NCBI GenBank assembly: GCA_002633005.1
Contig: NMRA01000010.1
Location: 1,274,982-1,338,981 of the forward strand
From: Phoronis australis
Taxonomy: Eukaryota > Animalia > Phoronida
DNA length: 64,000 bases
Direction: 5' to 3'
The notes under the pieces are model-generated. The model did no database searches. It worked only from the letters and a program-made list of their open reading frames with translations, and was not told the origin of the DNA. Below are positions 1-11,962 of this stretch, piece by piece (positions within the stretch are counted from its first letter, which is position 1; each line of letters opens with the position of its first letter). Position numbers and translations under genes: made by a program.

Positions 1-220
1 AGCGATGAATCAGCGCGGCTTTGCGTGATTTTGCATTTCACGTCATAAAGAGTTCCATAGCAACTCGAGTATGAGTGTCAGATTTGAGTACGTTTGGAGT
101 CTACTCGAAATACGACATTAGATACGCTTTTTTGAGTACGACTCCAGTGAGCACGATTTTGAGTATGAAATCTCGAGTATGAGTATGAGTCTGAGTACGG
201 AGATTGGAGACCGGGCCCTG
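1..220. mobile_element. End of a MITE-like element with GAGTA(T/C) subterminal repeats
   Basis: Repeated gagtatgagt/gagtacg motifs ending in ggagaccgggccctg. Confidence 0.45.
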
Positions 221-308
221 GTTTAAAGTATCAAAGGCACCCCACTGTGTCGAGCTGGGTAAACCCAACAAAGAAACTATTGAAGTGCTTCAATGAAACC
301 TTGGTCAC

Positions 309-376
309 GTGGGTATAGAATGGTATACACCAGTAGAATCAGGTGGGTATAGAATGGTATACACCAGTAGAATCAG
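309..376. repeat. 34-bp perfect tandem duplication
   Basis: gtgggtatagaatggtatacaccagtagaatcag occurs twice. Confidence 0.95.
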
Positions 377-723
377 TGCAGATATTTACGACAAAGGTCT
401 AAAAGCTTTTCTCATGAGAAAAAATGTAATTTGTGTGCCCAACGCACACACATTAAAGAACATGCTCACGATTAGATGTAACATGATAAATTCCCGAATT
501 TATTTCTCTGTCATTTTAATTTTTAGTTTTCGCTGCCAAAGGGGGGGGGCAAGACCCCTTCAGGGCAACATTGAATCGGAGAACAGTGGAGGTGGAACTC
601 AGTCAGAACAATCAGAGGATGCTGTCTTAAGTCAAATCCGTAGGGCTTGCGACGATAAGACCTGCCCGACCAGTCGTATTCTGAGGAATCCGCAGAACAC
701 ACTCCAGCACGTACTGGTCTACG

Positions 724-879
724 CATAGGCGGATCCAGGGGGTCAAGTGGTCCGGAGCCCCCTTTTTCCCTTGATTTTAATGATATAAAATCTATAATTT
801 TCAAATTGTTGACTTGGTTACCCTTTCAAAAAGTCCTTGACGGTCCCCTCTCCTTTAAAAAATCCTGGATCCGCCCCTG
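724..879. mobile_element. Short MITE with GGCGGATCCAGG terminal inverted repeats
   Basis: ggcggatccagg ... cctggatccgcc. An inverted related copy lies at about 8290-8443, and a related end at about 32068-32234. Confidence 0.75.
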
Positions 880-949
880 CTACGTTTGATCTCGTGTCGT
901 AGTAAACCTGAATAATGAAAATAGTCCATTTTCGCTCTAAAACTGCGTC

Positions 950-1222
950 ACAAGTCTGACATATTTAACAGTTAAACCTGGGTCTGACCAAGTCTAAAGT
1001 TAAACATGGTTTAAGATCTAATACAGGTCTAAAGAATATAGACCTCGTTGGTGAAATGAAAACTGACTTATACCAGGTCTAAACTGAAGTTAAACCAGGT
1101 TTTACAAGACCACTGGTCTAAAAGTTAAACCACCTTTTTATGAAATGCAGATTGTCATTAAACCTGTTCTAAGTCCAGTTTAAACCTGGTTTAACTTTAA
1201 ACCACCTTTATGAAATCGGCTG
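950..1222. repeat. MITE end with TTAAACC(A/T)GG subterminal repeats
   Basis: Many ttaaacc/ggttta motifs and a duplicated ttaaaccacct..tatgaaat terminus. Confidence 0.5.
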
Positions 1223-2735
1223 ATAGTGACCGTCAATCTTGAAAAAAAATACCATTATTATGATACTATGTCAAAAAGTATCGACATTTTATCGTTGTAA
1301 AACCATTGGAAATATACTTTTGTGTAATTCACAACTAGTGGTCTTCAGATTCCTAAAACTTCCATCATTTCCAGGGCTGTTCATCCTGTCGTAGTTTTCA
1401 ATGCAATTATTTTTGGTTGTTTCGTGCGAGTGGCTTGATACTGCTGTTCTTTGCACAAACGTGTTGTATTTATTCGATGAATTAGGAATCTTATCGTCTT
1501 CTCCTTTTGAATAGTTGAATAGTGAGAGAGGACCCCGTCTGAAAGGGCACCCCTTAATATGAAAGGCTACATGTAAATGTCATTTAAGTGCCTTCCTTGA
1601 CATAATAGGGTGAAGTATTTCACCAAAACGAGAACATTAGGTCATCTGTGAGAGGTTTCTCAAGAAATTATTAATAATAAAAAAACACGAAACGGACGAC
1701 TGCATGGACCGCATCCATGGGCCCTCTCCAAGGAATGGGCCCTGAATAAGAAAGGATATGTAACTCCAAAAACAGGAAAGGAGCAACAATTAATGCTTTC
1801 TGTCAGGTTCTCAATTTTTATTAAGTCATATCAGCGCAACACTGAGATGACTCCATAATCCCTTACCAGAGAGGGGTCCCTAAAGTGTCTTCTTGAACTT
1901 AATATGCTCTGCAAAATATGTGCTTTACAAATTTCTCGAAATGCCTGCATGAGTGATTAAGTGCCTGTTTTGAAGTGCGTTCAGTTTCCTGCACGACGAG
2001 TTTCAGTTACATGTCGCCGACCACAGTTAGTAAGTTCAGTTCTCCCGTCCAACTTTTTGTCCGCTACATCAGGATCTGTTCCGTGAATAGTAGCGATTTA
2101 ACACAAGGCGAGCTCCAAGGAAATCCATATCCGGTCCTGATCGCACCAACCTTTTAAAGCCACTCAACAGTTCAACCTACCATGCAGGGCTGCAGTAAGG
2201 TAAACATCAAACACCGGCGAAAATTAAGCTCGAAGCCAGTTGGGCACCAAATGTAATTCAGTCAATCACCATTACAGTTCTTACCAGAACGGATACGTTT
2301 TAGTGCTTGGTCAACAACATTTCTACATAGGATCATTTCGACAGTTTCAAAGAAGCGTGTGTCGTTCACTAGTGCCTTTTAAGTCTATCGCTAACGAAGT
2401 CACTGCAGGCCCAAGAACACACAGCCACACCCGCGCGGCTTATATCATTTCGTCATTTATAAAACAGTAATAAAACAATACGGCTACAAATAGCATTCGC
2501 TCAGTACCACTCTCTCACCGGAGTGCACTTCGTGAAAACGGGGCAAATCGTGAAAATGAAAGGATTGTTTCTACAACATCGGCATCTTACAAATAAATTC
2601 TCTCCAAATTTTAGCAAAGAAGAACAAGGTTTTTGAAAAAATCCTGAATATGTTGAATAAGGCATCAATGCCATAGTTTGACAATTCAATCAACATTTCT
2701 CGAAAATAATGCTTTTAACAACTCTTACTCTTACA

Positions 2736-3713
2736 TTAATTGCCAAGACATTTACCACGGAGGAGTTTCTTGAAGGCTTTACGAAAATCTGATATCGATA
2801 AAGCGTATACAATGGGATTGACCGCACTGTTGAAGAAACCCAAGTCGAGGCATATGTTGTTTATAGTATGATGCCACCAACTTGAATTCAGTGTTACTGG
2901 AAAGAATGTTTTCACAATAGCCAATGGGAAATAACACACAGTGTACGCTAGCAGAATACGAGACATGGTCTTCAAAATCTTGTATTGTTTCGCACGGCTT
3001 TCATCTACTGTACGGCCACTGCTTGCGATTTTTCTCTTTTGTTTCCAGGCAACGATTATCATATAGAGGTGCATTGTATACGTGGCTATCATGGGAACGT
3101 AAAACCCGAACGCATAGCCAATGCGAGCGGTCCGCGCTTCGAGCACCGCTTCGGCAATGCAAACGTCACCATCTTCGTACAGATGTCCTTCAAAGTATAT
3201 GGAAACAAACAGGGACAAGCATAAAACGATTATTATGTATACATGAGCGACGAGCACCAGTCCGCAGCAGGTTCGAAGCGTCATTAACGTCGTGTACTTC
3301 AACGGAAAGGCAATAGCTATTACTCTGTTGAACGCAACAACAGCCAACGAAGTTAGAGTTGATCCGCTTACCCACAGGTTCAGAAGTAGCGTTGCGTAGC
3401 ACTGAATGCGGGTTACTACTAGTGCATTAGGGCCAATTAGAGGTGAAACAAACTTCTTGACTGTGTAGAATGGCTCCACAAGAATTGCTGTTACGAAGTC
3501 TATGACGGCGAGGTTAAAGATGAAAATGTTACTAACTTCATTCTTTATGACATAAAACTTGCAGTAAGCGATTATGACAAGGATGTTGCCCAAAAACATT
3601 GGAATCAGCATCAGAGAAAGGACGCATATGTGATAAATAAGAACACCATCCGGGATGACCGCGGAGAAATTTGATGCTTCAGACGTGTTTGCCAGGCTTG
3701 AATACATAGCCAT
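2736..3713 (-). CDS. Intronless class A (rhodopsin-like) GPCR, orphan/putative chemoreceptor, copy 1 (325 aa)
   Basis: Seven hydrophobic segments. GN in TM1, NLAVID in TM2, C3.25, FNRV in place of DRY, CYFP in TM6, NSAVNPIVY in TM7, FRKAFKKLL helix 8. N-terminal NTS/NFS sequons. Confidence 0.96.
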   Translation of the reverse strand: MAMYSSLANTSEASNFSAVIPDGVLIYHICVLSLMLIPMFLGNILVIIAYCKFYVIKNEVSNIFIFNLAVIDFVTAILVEPFYTVKKFVSPLIGPNALVVTRIQCYATLLLNLWVSGSTLTSLAVVAFNRVIAIAFPLKYTTLMTLRTCCGLVLVAHVYIIIVLCLSLFVSIYFEGHLYEDGDVCIAEAVLEARTARIGYAFGFYVPMIATYTMHLYMIIVAWKQKRKIASSGRTVDESRAKQYKILKTMSRILLAYTVCYFPLAIVKTFFPVTLNSSWWHHTINNICLDLGFFNSAVNPIVYALSISDFRKAFKKLLRGKCLGN

Positions 3714-3790
3714 TTCCTCAGAAGTACTGTTTAGCGATGTCGAAGACTTGGAGTTCCAACTAGCTGTATACAGCTATGGTCGTGTGTGGC

Positions 3791-3798
3791 TATTTATA
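3791..3798 (-). promoter_or_regulatory. Candidate TATA box of GPCR copy 1
   Basis: CCTATAAATAGCC on the - strand about 80 nt upstream of the ATG; conserved in copy 2. Confidence 0.55.
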
Positions 3799-5618
3799 GG
3801 CGCTACGTGCTTGAAATCGTGACGAAATGGTTGTGGGCGAATATTTGGTGGCGCTACGTGTCTGAAATCGTGTTGAAACCGTGTTGGAAAGCGGTATCAA
3901 CCGTCGATTTCATCAATTTCCAAGCTGTTCATGCACGCGCATTAATGGCACTAAAGACTGGAATGTAAGTTATAAATCCAAGGAATAAAGACATGGCGCA
4001 CTCCTTCTGCGCAAATGTGGCTCAGAGTTATTCAGTCGCACTTATTGATGGTCTTTGAATACATTTTTGACATCAAAACTTTTTTACGTTCGATTTAATT
4101 CATTTTTGTGATGCTGAAAGAAAATGGCCTCCGCGGTTGGATGACAATGAACTTCACGTATAATTAATTTAGAAGATTTTATTTAATTTATTTCAGGTAG
4201 GAACTGGCCGATATTAAAAAGCATAACACATGAACAGTAATGTACACATGCGCACGCATTTTATATTTTAACAATAGATTTGCGCCTTTCTTCAGATTTT
4301 AACAAAAGTTTACTGAAGTTTCTTGACTCTTTTATACTCTTTATTTCCATTATATTTAGAAAAGTGTCATCGACTATATTTCTGATATGAGGTAGGTATT
4401 TTTGACGAAAGGCCCAATGTCAAAAATGAATTTCATTTTCAATAACATTTAGGACCCAACTAATGCACACCCTTTGTGAAAGTTAACTACCTGTTCTTCT
4501 AGCTGCAACTGACATTAAACTGGATTGAGCACATCTGAATCGGGCTAAGCTCGATAACTAAACATTAAAATGTACAACATGAGATGCAAAATGTTCAATT
4601 AGAAATAGGTGTACATCGAGCCTGATCGGCTCCAATTTTCTCTGTTCCAATAATTGTATTCCATATCTTTACACCTATTTCGAAATTTGTATACAAACAT
4701 GTTCTCATCAGATACTCCTTGGTTAATCCACACAAACCCAAAGCCAGTTGAGAGCAATAAATGTTTAGTCTGTTTTTAACCCCCAGCTATCTCTACCATT
4801 CTCAGTGAATTTATATTACACGATGTTTTGGCGTATCTACTTTGTGGAGATTTTAATGTTGATAACCAATATTTAATTATTCGAATGAGTCTACTAATCT
4901 GAAAAGCATTCTACCTAATATTCCCGACGCGCAAGTACATTAGACGCTTGTGCTGGCAACCCTAACAAAAATTTACAGAAATTATTGTGTCATTTTTATA
5001 TCCTTGCCCGTATGAAACTCCCAGATCTCACAGAAGTACGTGAGAATTGGTAACATTTTAGCGTCGAACAGTTTTAGACAAAGCGAACGCGATATTTTTG
5101 TATCGGCGGAAACCTGTGATGGCGAGACACAGTCACGTGCAGACGTTTGGTGGTGCCCGCGCGATTTTTATTGGATACCCTACTCTCTACTCAAATGCAC
5201 GGACTGGAAAAGGTAAAAAATGAAATATAAAGCAGAAACGTTATTCAATTTAAGTGCAAATCAGTCACAATTTCATTCAGTGTTATTCATAGTGATCGGA
5301 TGCCCCCAGTTTGGATGCCCGGGATTGCCCCCCCCCCCCTTCTGCACGCTATTGCTGAGATAGTGCATGCACTCTGCACTCTATTCCAGATGATTGTCAG
5401 GTTCCACCATGTTTTTATTCAGGTGGGTCGTCTCGGCGGTGTGGCGGGGGAGCCAGGGGGCAGCCTCTTGAAAATGCGTTGCAGGGACTTCGAAATCCAA
5501 GTATGGAGGGGCACCAAATCACAAAATTTTCTGTTTTAAGATGTACGTACAAAACGTTTACTTTCGTTGTATTAGTTTTTACATCATTTGGCTGTAAACA
5601 GTACTTGCACAGATATCG

Positions 5619-5695
5619 GGTCCTCAGTAGCTCAGTGGTAAGAGCACTAGACCGGCAATCTTGAGAACTGTGGTTCGATTCCCAGTTGGAGTTCC
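5619..5695 (+). pseudogene. tRNA-like sequence (tRNA-derived SINE head or tRNA pseudogene)
   Basis: A box TAGCTCAGTGG, B box GGTTCGATTCC, anticodon arm CTAGA-CCGGCAA-TCTTG. The acceptor stem pairs poorly. Confidence 0.65.
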
Positions 5696-6779
5696 TGTTT
5701 ATTTGATACGTTTCATTACTGGTTAACCTCAGCGTCTATGTATTTTCTACATCAATGTTTTTATGATTCCTCTTATTTAAATGACGGGGTGCGTTGTTCC
5801 TGCGGCAGAGTAACGCTTGGGAAACATGCAGAGAGCCTTTTTGTTATGGAATTCCAAGCCTGTCAATTGTTCACACGTACAGGTTTTGAAAGTTATGCAT
5901 GCAGGCTTGAATTGTTAACGCGCTTACCTATTCCTTAACAGGTTAATGATTGTGCTGCGAAGATGACTTTTCTTCTTCACCATTTTGCGCGACCACGCAA
6001 TTGAGGCCTTGGAGGTCACGGAGTCCAAGAATGGGATTTATTACGTAGACTTGTACACACCCGTAGTTAAATATCGCAACTTGCCCTTTCATTTATGCGA
6101 GAAATTATTCACAAACTGTCGTTGTTTTGCTGACATAAAGTGCCAAAGTGCACATAAATAATGCAATGAAAAATGGTCCTTCAGAGAAGATCCCAGTCAT
6201 TTGGCTGGTTGGGACTAACCTATTCGTGATGTTGCGACCGGACACTTTCAAAACTGCATTCAACCAATTTGGCATTTCCTTTTTGAACCAACTTGAATCA
6301 CAAAAATCGATGCCCTGATAGATGTAAAACTAACAGGAATGTACGTGCAAAACAGCATATGCATATCTACAATCTGATTAAGTATTACACACCACCATAA
6401 CCATTCTTAAGTACAGAAAAGCAAAACGTAACGATAGACCTAGATTAACGAGCTAACATGCAAAACCCCTAGGCATTAACAGCTGACAGGTTTAGAATTC
6501 CTTTCTTCTTATTCAGCATGCACTGATCCGTCACAAGATAACGAAAACAACATGAATATTGATCATACCTAGTGCGTTGTAAAACCACGACTGGGGCTTG
6601 AATTGTCGAAAAATCCGAAGCTGGTCAGAACATGAGCTACCATGTTAGGATTTAGATATATCGTAGAGTACGAGGTTGTCTGTTTAAGTCGTCTTCATCT
6701 TTCAAGGCTCGATCTACAGACATAATTTTTAGATGTGTATGGTGTCAAAAGCATTTCTCAAACAAGATTTACAGAAAAC

Positions 6780-7495
6780 ACGCGTATTCAAGAGCCAATT
6801 GATCACTGCAATACGGCCATTTGATATTGTTTTCCGTATTCCCTCCCGCACTAATTCAACAGTGACCTCTGACGTTGAAATTTCAAAAAGGTAGGTAAAC
6901 GTCGACTCGACGTCATTAGCTGGTTTGATGATTAAACTTTCCCAAAATTAATTTTAAATTATTTAAACTTTAAAAAGTAATACAACTGCAGCAGTATAAA
7001 TAACACTCAACATGCATTCAGATCTCAAACATAGCATCTGGAACAAAACTGTTATTGATATGACACTTCTGTCTCAGTTTTCGATTGCTAAATATTATAT
7101 CGTCTGCAACTGAGGAGCCTCTTCCTCGTTAACTACAATATCAAATATTGTTACTTAACTATTTTCAGGAAATGTTACAAGTTCAATAGACAAATACTGT
7201 TGTTTTCCTCTGTGTTATATCTTTTCATGTAATAAATCGTTACATTTAAAATTGTTCCTTTTACTAGACAAAACTTGTAACCTAACGCGTAAGTACCGGT
7301 GCATACATATAGGATGTGATCCGGCCGCCGCGTGAACAGTCCGCGAAAAGTATTTAAAAATACGCCGAAAAATGAAATAAACTTGGGAATTCGAAGCGTA
7401 TGGGATAAATACATCCGATCTCGGTCGATACGCGGAATGGTGTTTCGTGGGATATTACTTCATCTATGCCACCCTCGGTACGTTTTGTGTATGTA
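6780..7495. repeat. Dispersed repeat blocks shared with about 14575-14790
   Basis: cctcccgcacta..caacagtgacctctg and atacatataggatgtgatcc...gtgggatattacttcat...ctcggtacgttttgtgtat occur at both sites. Confidence 0.75.
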
Positions 7496-8289
7496 TTAGT
7501 ACTGTAATTCCATGTCGTACAATAGATGACACTGTAGTTTGTAGTTTGTACCAAAGACGTTAACAAGACTATTCACTTTGGCCTCCGCCATTATTGTGTC
7601 ATTGACGGTAGCGACATCTGGCGGGTGTGTTTGCACCGACGAAGTACACGAGACGTCGAGTACCATGGCTGATTTTAGTTTTATCAATTTCAAAATTGTG
7701 AACAATTATTAAAATATTGCGAACAAAAAATATGAGCATTGTATTGGAAAAACATAGAGTAACTCAAGAAAAATTGGCAACATAGGTCATATAAATTACG
7801 AGAAATACACCATAAGCAATAAGCGACTCAGTATTCAGAGGTGAGCAGGTGAAAATAGGTGACTACAGCGTGGGCAGGAGCAAAGAATGTAGGATTTTGT
7901 CCAGGGGTCAAGGAAGTAATAAACATAAGATAGATCTGCTGAAGAAGAGGTAGGAGCAAAAACGGGGGACGGGCGCCCCTCAATCAAAAGGTTGGTGGCA
8001 GAGATTATAGCTTTCTGCCCCCCGTATTCTAGGTGTTAATATGAATTAACAATTAATTATTAAAACTTTGAACACATAAACTTTGTTTTAAAATAAAATT
8101 GAAAAATTGACTCACTTTCCTCCCTCCAACCATCAAATTTTTCCTACGCCAATGTCCAAAAACTGCCCTCTTACGCCATCCAAACGCGGGTCCAGATCAT
8201 TGTTTCGAAAATTCACACCTTACGACATTCTACATTTAAGCTGGGGATCTGCGCCCAGTTACATGGAACAGTTCCAAATAGCGACTCAA

Positions 8290-8443
8290 CAGAGGCAGAT
8301 CCAGGATTTTTAAAGGGGGGATCGGATCATAGATTTTTAAAAGGGTGGCCCAAGTCAATAATTTGAAAATTCTAAATATGATATCACTAAAATCAAGGGA
8401 AATGGGGGGTCCACACCCCTTTGACCCCTTTGGATCTGAGTTG
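8290..8443. mobile_element. MITE, inverted relative of 724..879
   Basis: Its reverse complement matches the internal sequence of 724..879. Confidence 0.7.
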
Positions 8444-10149
8444 CCTAAATGTTTTGCGTATTTGTTTCGTTCTTTATTCACAGTTAATATATTTTTCTAT
8501 CATTTTATCTTAATTACTAGGTCCTTTTTTGACTTATGGGGTTTTCTAATAATATAACTATAATCTGAGCCCTTTATTCAGTGAAATTATTTAGGGACTT
8601 AGTCCTTAAATTAGGGGCGTTGCATGAAAAGATCCTTACTTATCTTCAATAGTATTGAGAATTCAACATAAAAAATTCACAAAATATACGCAGTAGACTT
8701 TGGGAACATAGTGAAGTCGCTATCTGGGACTGTTTTGTTCAACCGGGAACTAGAACCCCAGCATCCGTACGTAGCGAATTGAAGTGGGTTGTGGTGAATG
8801 AAACTGGTGGCAACAGGGGTAGCGGGTTAAAAACAGCAAGATATGGATTTCCTGCCTGCAGTCCAGTAAACCTGCCTTTTATGTCTCTATAAAACAGCCA
8901 AAATACATATTGAATACACAATACATTGATTTAGGGTAATTAAATTCCGATGCTTTCCTGCTCTCGTAAACTATTCCCATTTTATTCGGTCAACTATCAA
9001 CAGTTAGTTAAAGGTATATTCAGCCTACATCGCCAGGTAAAATGGCCATCTTCAAAGTAAATAACACAAGTACGCCTTATTTCCTGACTTGATGTTTTAA
9101 GACCCGTGTCAGAACAAAAATCTAAACAAAGGACATCGTCACTGAGTGTAACGGGGTTTCCAAGGTAATACACATATTACCGCAGTACCCACCAATCTAG
9201 GGCTCAATATGCCTTTAAAATCTCCAAACCCCAAAAATATTCCCAGAATCCTTTGCGTATATCAAAATGGTGTCAATCAACAAAGAAGTCTATGAGCGTG
9301 TCAGTTTTCATAGCAAAGAAAGCAAAGGAGAAAATGACAACCCTATCAATCGCAAAACAACGGCTACTACTTATCTTTAAGCAGAGTAGTTTCGAGTCGT
9401 TAAGAAATTCTTGAGCCCCTATTTCTGAGGCTGAGCACGCGCATATATTTTCGTATATTAAGTGATCTGTTATTGAATACAATGTATGCAATACAAGAGT
9501 TACATGGCTACTGTCGATTTATGTGGATCGAACTGGAAAACAATAATTTAAAATCGGATTTCTAAGTTTCCCCTCGTTAATCATACTTATTTTATGCCTA
9601 GTGACCAACATTCAGTACTGCCTCGTTATCCAACAATACACAGCAATTGAATACAGTCGGGGACCAAGCAACGGCCTTGACATTAGTTTTGTAAAATGGC
9701 AGAGTCATAAAACTACACTGTATATGCTATTTTGCAATTACTTAAAGCTCAGCTGCTTCATGGCAACCAGGACATTTGCGAAAGTTTCTAAGTGGCGCAT
9801 CTACGGGACAAGAGAACTGGTTGAGCCTGAGGTATGTGTGGTATCCGCCAGGACTTCGCACAAGCTTCCTTAGAGAGCCCAATTCTGGCTATAATAATTC
9901 CCCGTTCAGAAGACCCGGTCTCTTTCCCGAATTGGTCTGAGTGAGAGCCCTGATTATAGTTACTTTAGCAACTTATCCCAGAACTGTGATCATGCAATGA
10001 TAAGATAAAATATCGCAATAACTTAAAACGACCACAAACAATGTCCTTTTTTGAAACAAAAATTTCTCCAGACACATGTATAAGGTATCAAAACGCCAAC
10101 GGTACACTTTTTCATATGCCAGAAGTGAAATTGGTTACCCTAATTCACC

Positions 10150-11145
10150 TATACAACTCCATCGTGTCTGTATCTTCAATTTTTCGTCTCAGAGTTTAAA
10201 CGTTAGACCTGAAGCTCTAGCCTGGTTTAAATCAATAACGAGTACGCCACTTTCTTCTGAGCTCAGACAACATTTCTGAATTGAGTGAGAAACAAGATGA
10301 AACCTGTTTATAACGATTATTGACCTAAATCAACGAAACCTGGATCTCACTGGGTAACACCATTACAGTCTTTCAGGCTGAAATTGTCGCCATTCACCAG
10401 ACTGCCCAACTGGCAAGGGAGCCTGAAACAGTCCTTGGAAACAAGGAACTCTTCATACTCTCAGACAGCCAAGCAGCTATGAAAGCTCTTACTAAGCCCA
10501 AGATCAACTCCTATTGTGCCCTGGCCTGTGTACACGAGCTTAACCACCTACTGTATCAGCTAGTAGAACTGTTCATGTGAACTGGGTTAAAGCCCATGTT
10601 GGCATTACGGTAACGAAGCTGCTGACAAACTTGCAAAAGAAGAAGCAAGCGCACCCTGTTTTGTACCAGAACCTTGCATACCAGTTGCCTATACGTGCTG
10701 CACAGCAAAGGTAACACACTGGGTGCACAAACTGTCCGTGGATTCATGGAGAAAGCTCTCTGCCTGCTGACAAACCAAACAACTGTTTCCAAGTCCTATT
10801 GAACCAAAAGGTTCAAAGAAGCTGTTATGTTTTAGACTTGATATAAGGCAGCTGATCCAGGTTATTACTGGACACTGCAACCTAGCTCGGCACCGTAACA
10901 TCGCAGGCCAGATGTCATGTTCATTTTGTCCCAATTGTGGCTTAGAGGCTGAGACTCCTGAACGTCTAGTAGAGATTTGCCCTGCCTACAATAGATACCG
11001 TAATCTACTACTTGAAGGTCACATAACCCGCCTGGTTAACACTGTTAGTTCATACAGGTTTAATAGTCTTTCTGTCTTTCTGAAACAAACAGGCAGATTA
11101 GAAGATTTTACCCATGAGGAATCCGATGATGTCGTGTCTCCATGA
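10150..11145 (+). mobile_element. Degenerate non-LTR retrotransposon 3' part (RNase H plus CCHC-like region; I/LOA-group-like)
   Basis: Frameshifted VFQAEIVAI, ILSDSQAA, WVKAHVGI/GNEAADKLAK, ITGHCNL, CSFCPNCGLEAETPERLVEICPA. Confidence 0.85.
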
Positions 11146-11538
11146 GTAATTATCAGGTGATTAGTGTAATAGGCCCGACCTTGTGGCCTGAGCACGCATG
11201 ATGTACTGCAAAAAGCATCAGGCCACCTGCACCCTTTTTCAAATCAAAAGATGCTTTCTGACAGAGAGCGCGGGTATAACACGACTCTAGTATATAATTA
11301 AAAACGTTTTGTAAAACCCTCAACTCAGTTGTTGATTGGAACCTAAGATTCTGCCTTACAAGAAAGTTTGTAGGGGAGGTAGTCAACTTAAGATTATGGA
11401 TAGATATCGACAGAAAGCTTTTTGAGGTTTGATCTGTGTTGATGACTGAGTCAAGGAAAGAATTAAAAAAAGGCATATATAATGGCGTTACCAAAATTTC
11501 CAAGCAAGATTTCTGAATGTACTAGAATTGGAAATCAG

Positions 11539-11962
11539 TGCTCGGTTGCATGAAACAGTCCCAAATAAGGACTCAACAATGTTCCCTAAATTTGTGGATT
11601 TGTGAAAAAAATGATTGTCCTTTCTTATGCAGTTTTAGTTTCATTACTAAGTCACCTTTTGGCTTTGATAGAAATCGAGAGTGAACTCGACGTTGAATTC
11701 TCAATATTATCGAAAATAAATAGGGATCTTTTCATGCAACGCTCCTAATTTAGGGACTAAGTCCCTATTCATTTTCATTGAATTCAGGGTTCAGTTTTTA
11801 ATTAAAACTGTTAGAAAATATCAGTTAGTTAAACAGGAGCTCATAACAAAACTGAATTGCCATAAAAAGTTTACATCTGTAAGTGGAAAGACACAAATAG
11901 GCAAAAGATTTGGGGAACTTAGTTGAGTCCCTATTTGGGACTGTTTCATACAACCCGACACA
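11539..11962. mobile_element. MITE with long TIRs; partial inverted copy at about 8445-8752
   Basis: ggttgcatgaaacagtcccaaataaggactcaac ... gttgagtccctatttgggactgtttcatacaacc. Confidence 0.8.

Larger units (their letters stand above)
1290..4537. repeat. Segmental duplication unit A (GPCR plus flanks)
   Basis: About 1290-2435 aligns by eye with about 19140-20230, and 2736-4537 with 23368-25227. Both end in agctgcaactgacattaaactggattga. Confidence 0.9.

Noticed and set aside
309-728. 139-aa ORF near the window start
   Set aside because: GTG start, built from a tandem duplication and repeat sequence, with no protein motifs.
2924-3402. ORFs overlapping the GPCRs on other frames or strands (also 23617-24034)
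   Set aside because: Shadow ORFs. Their conservation is explained by the recent duplication.
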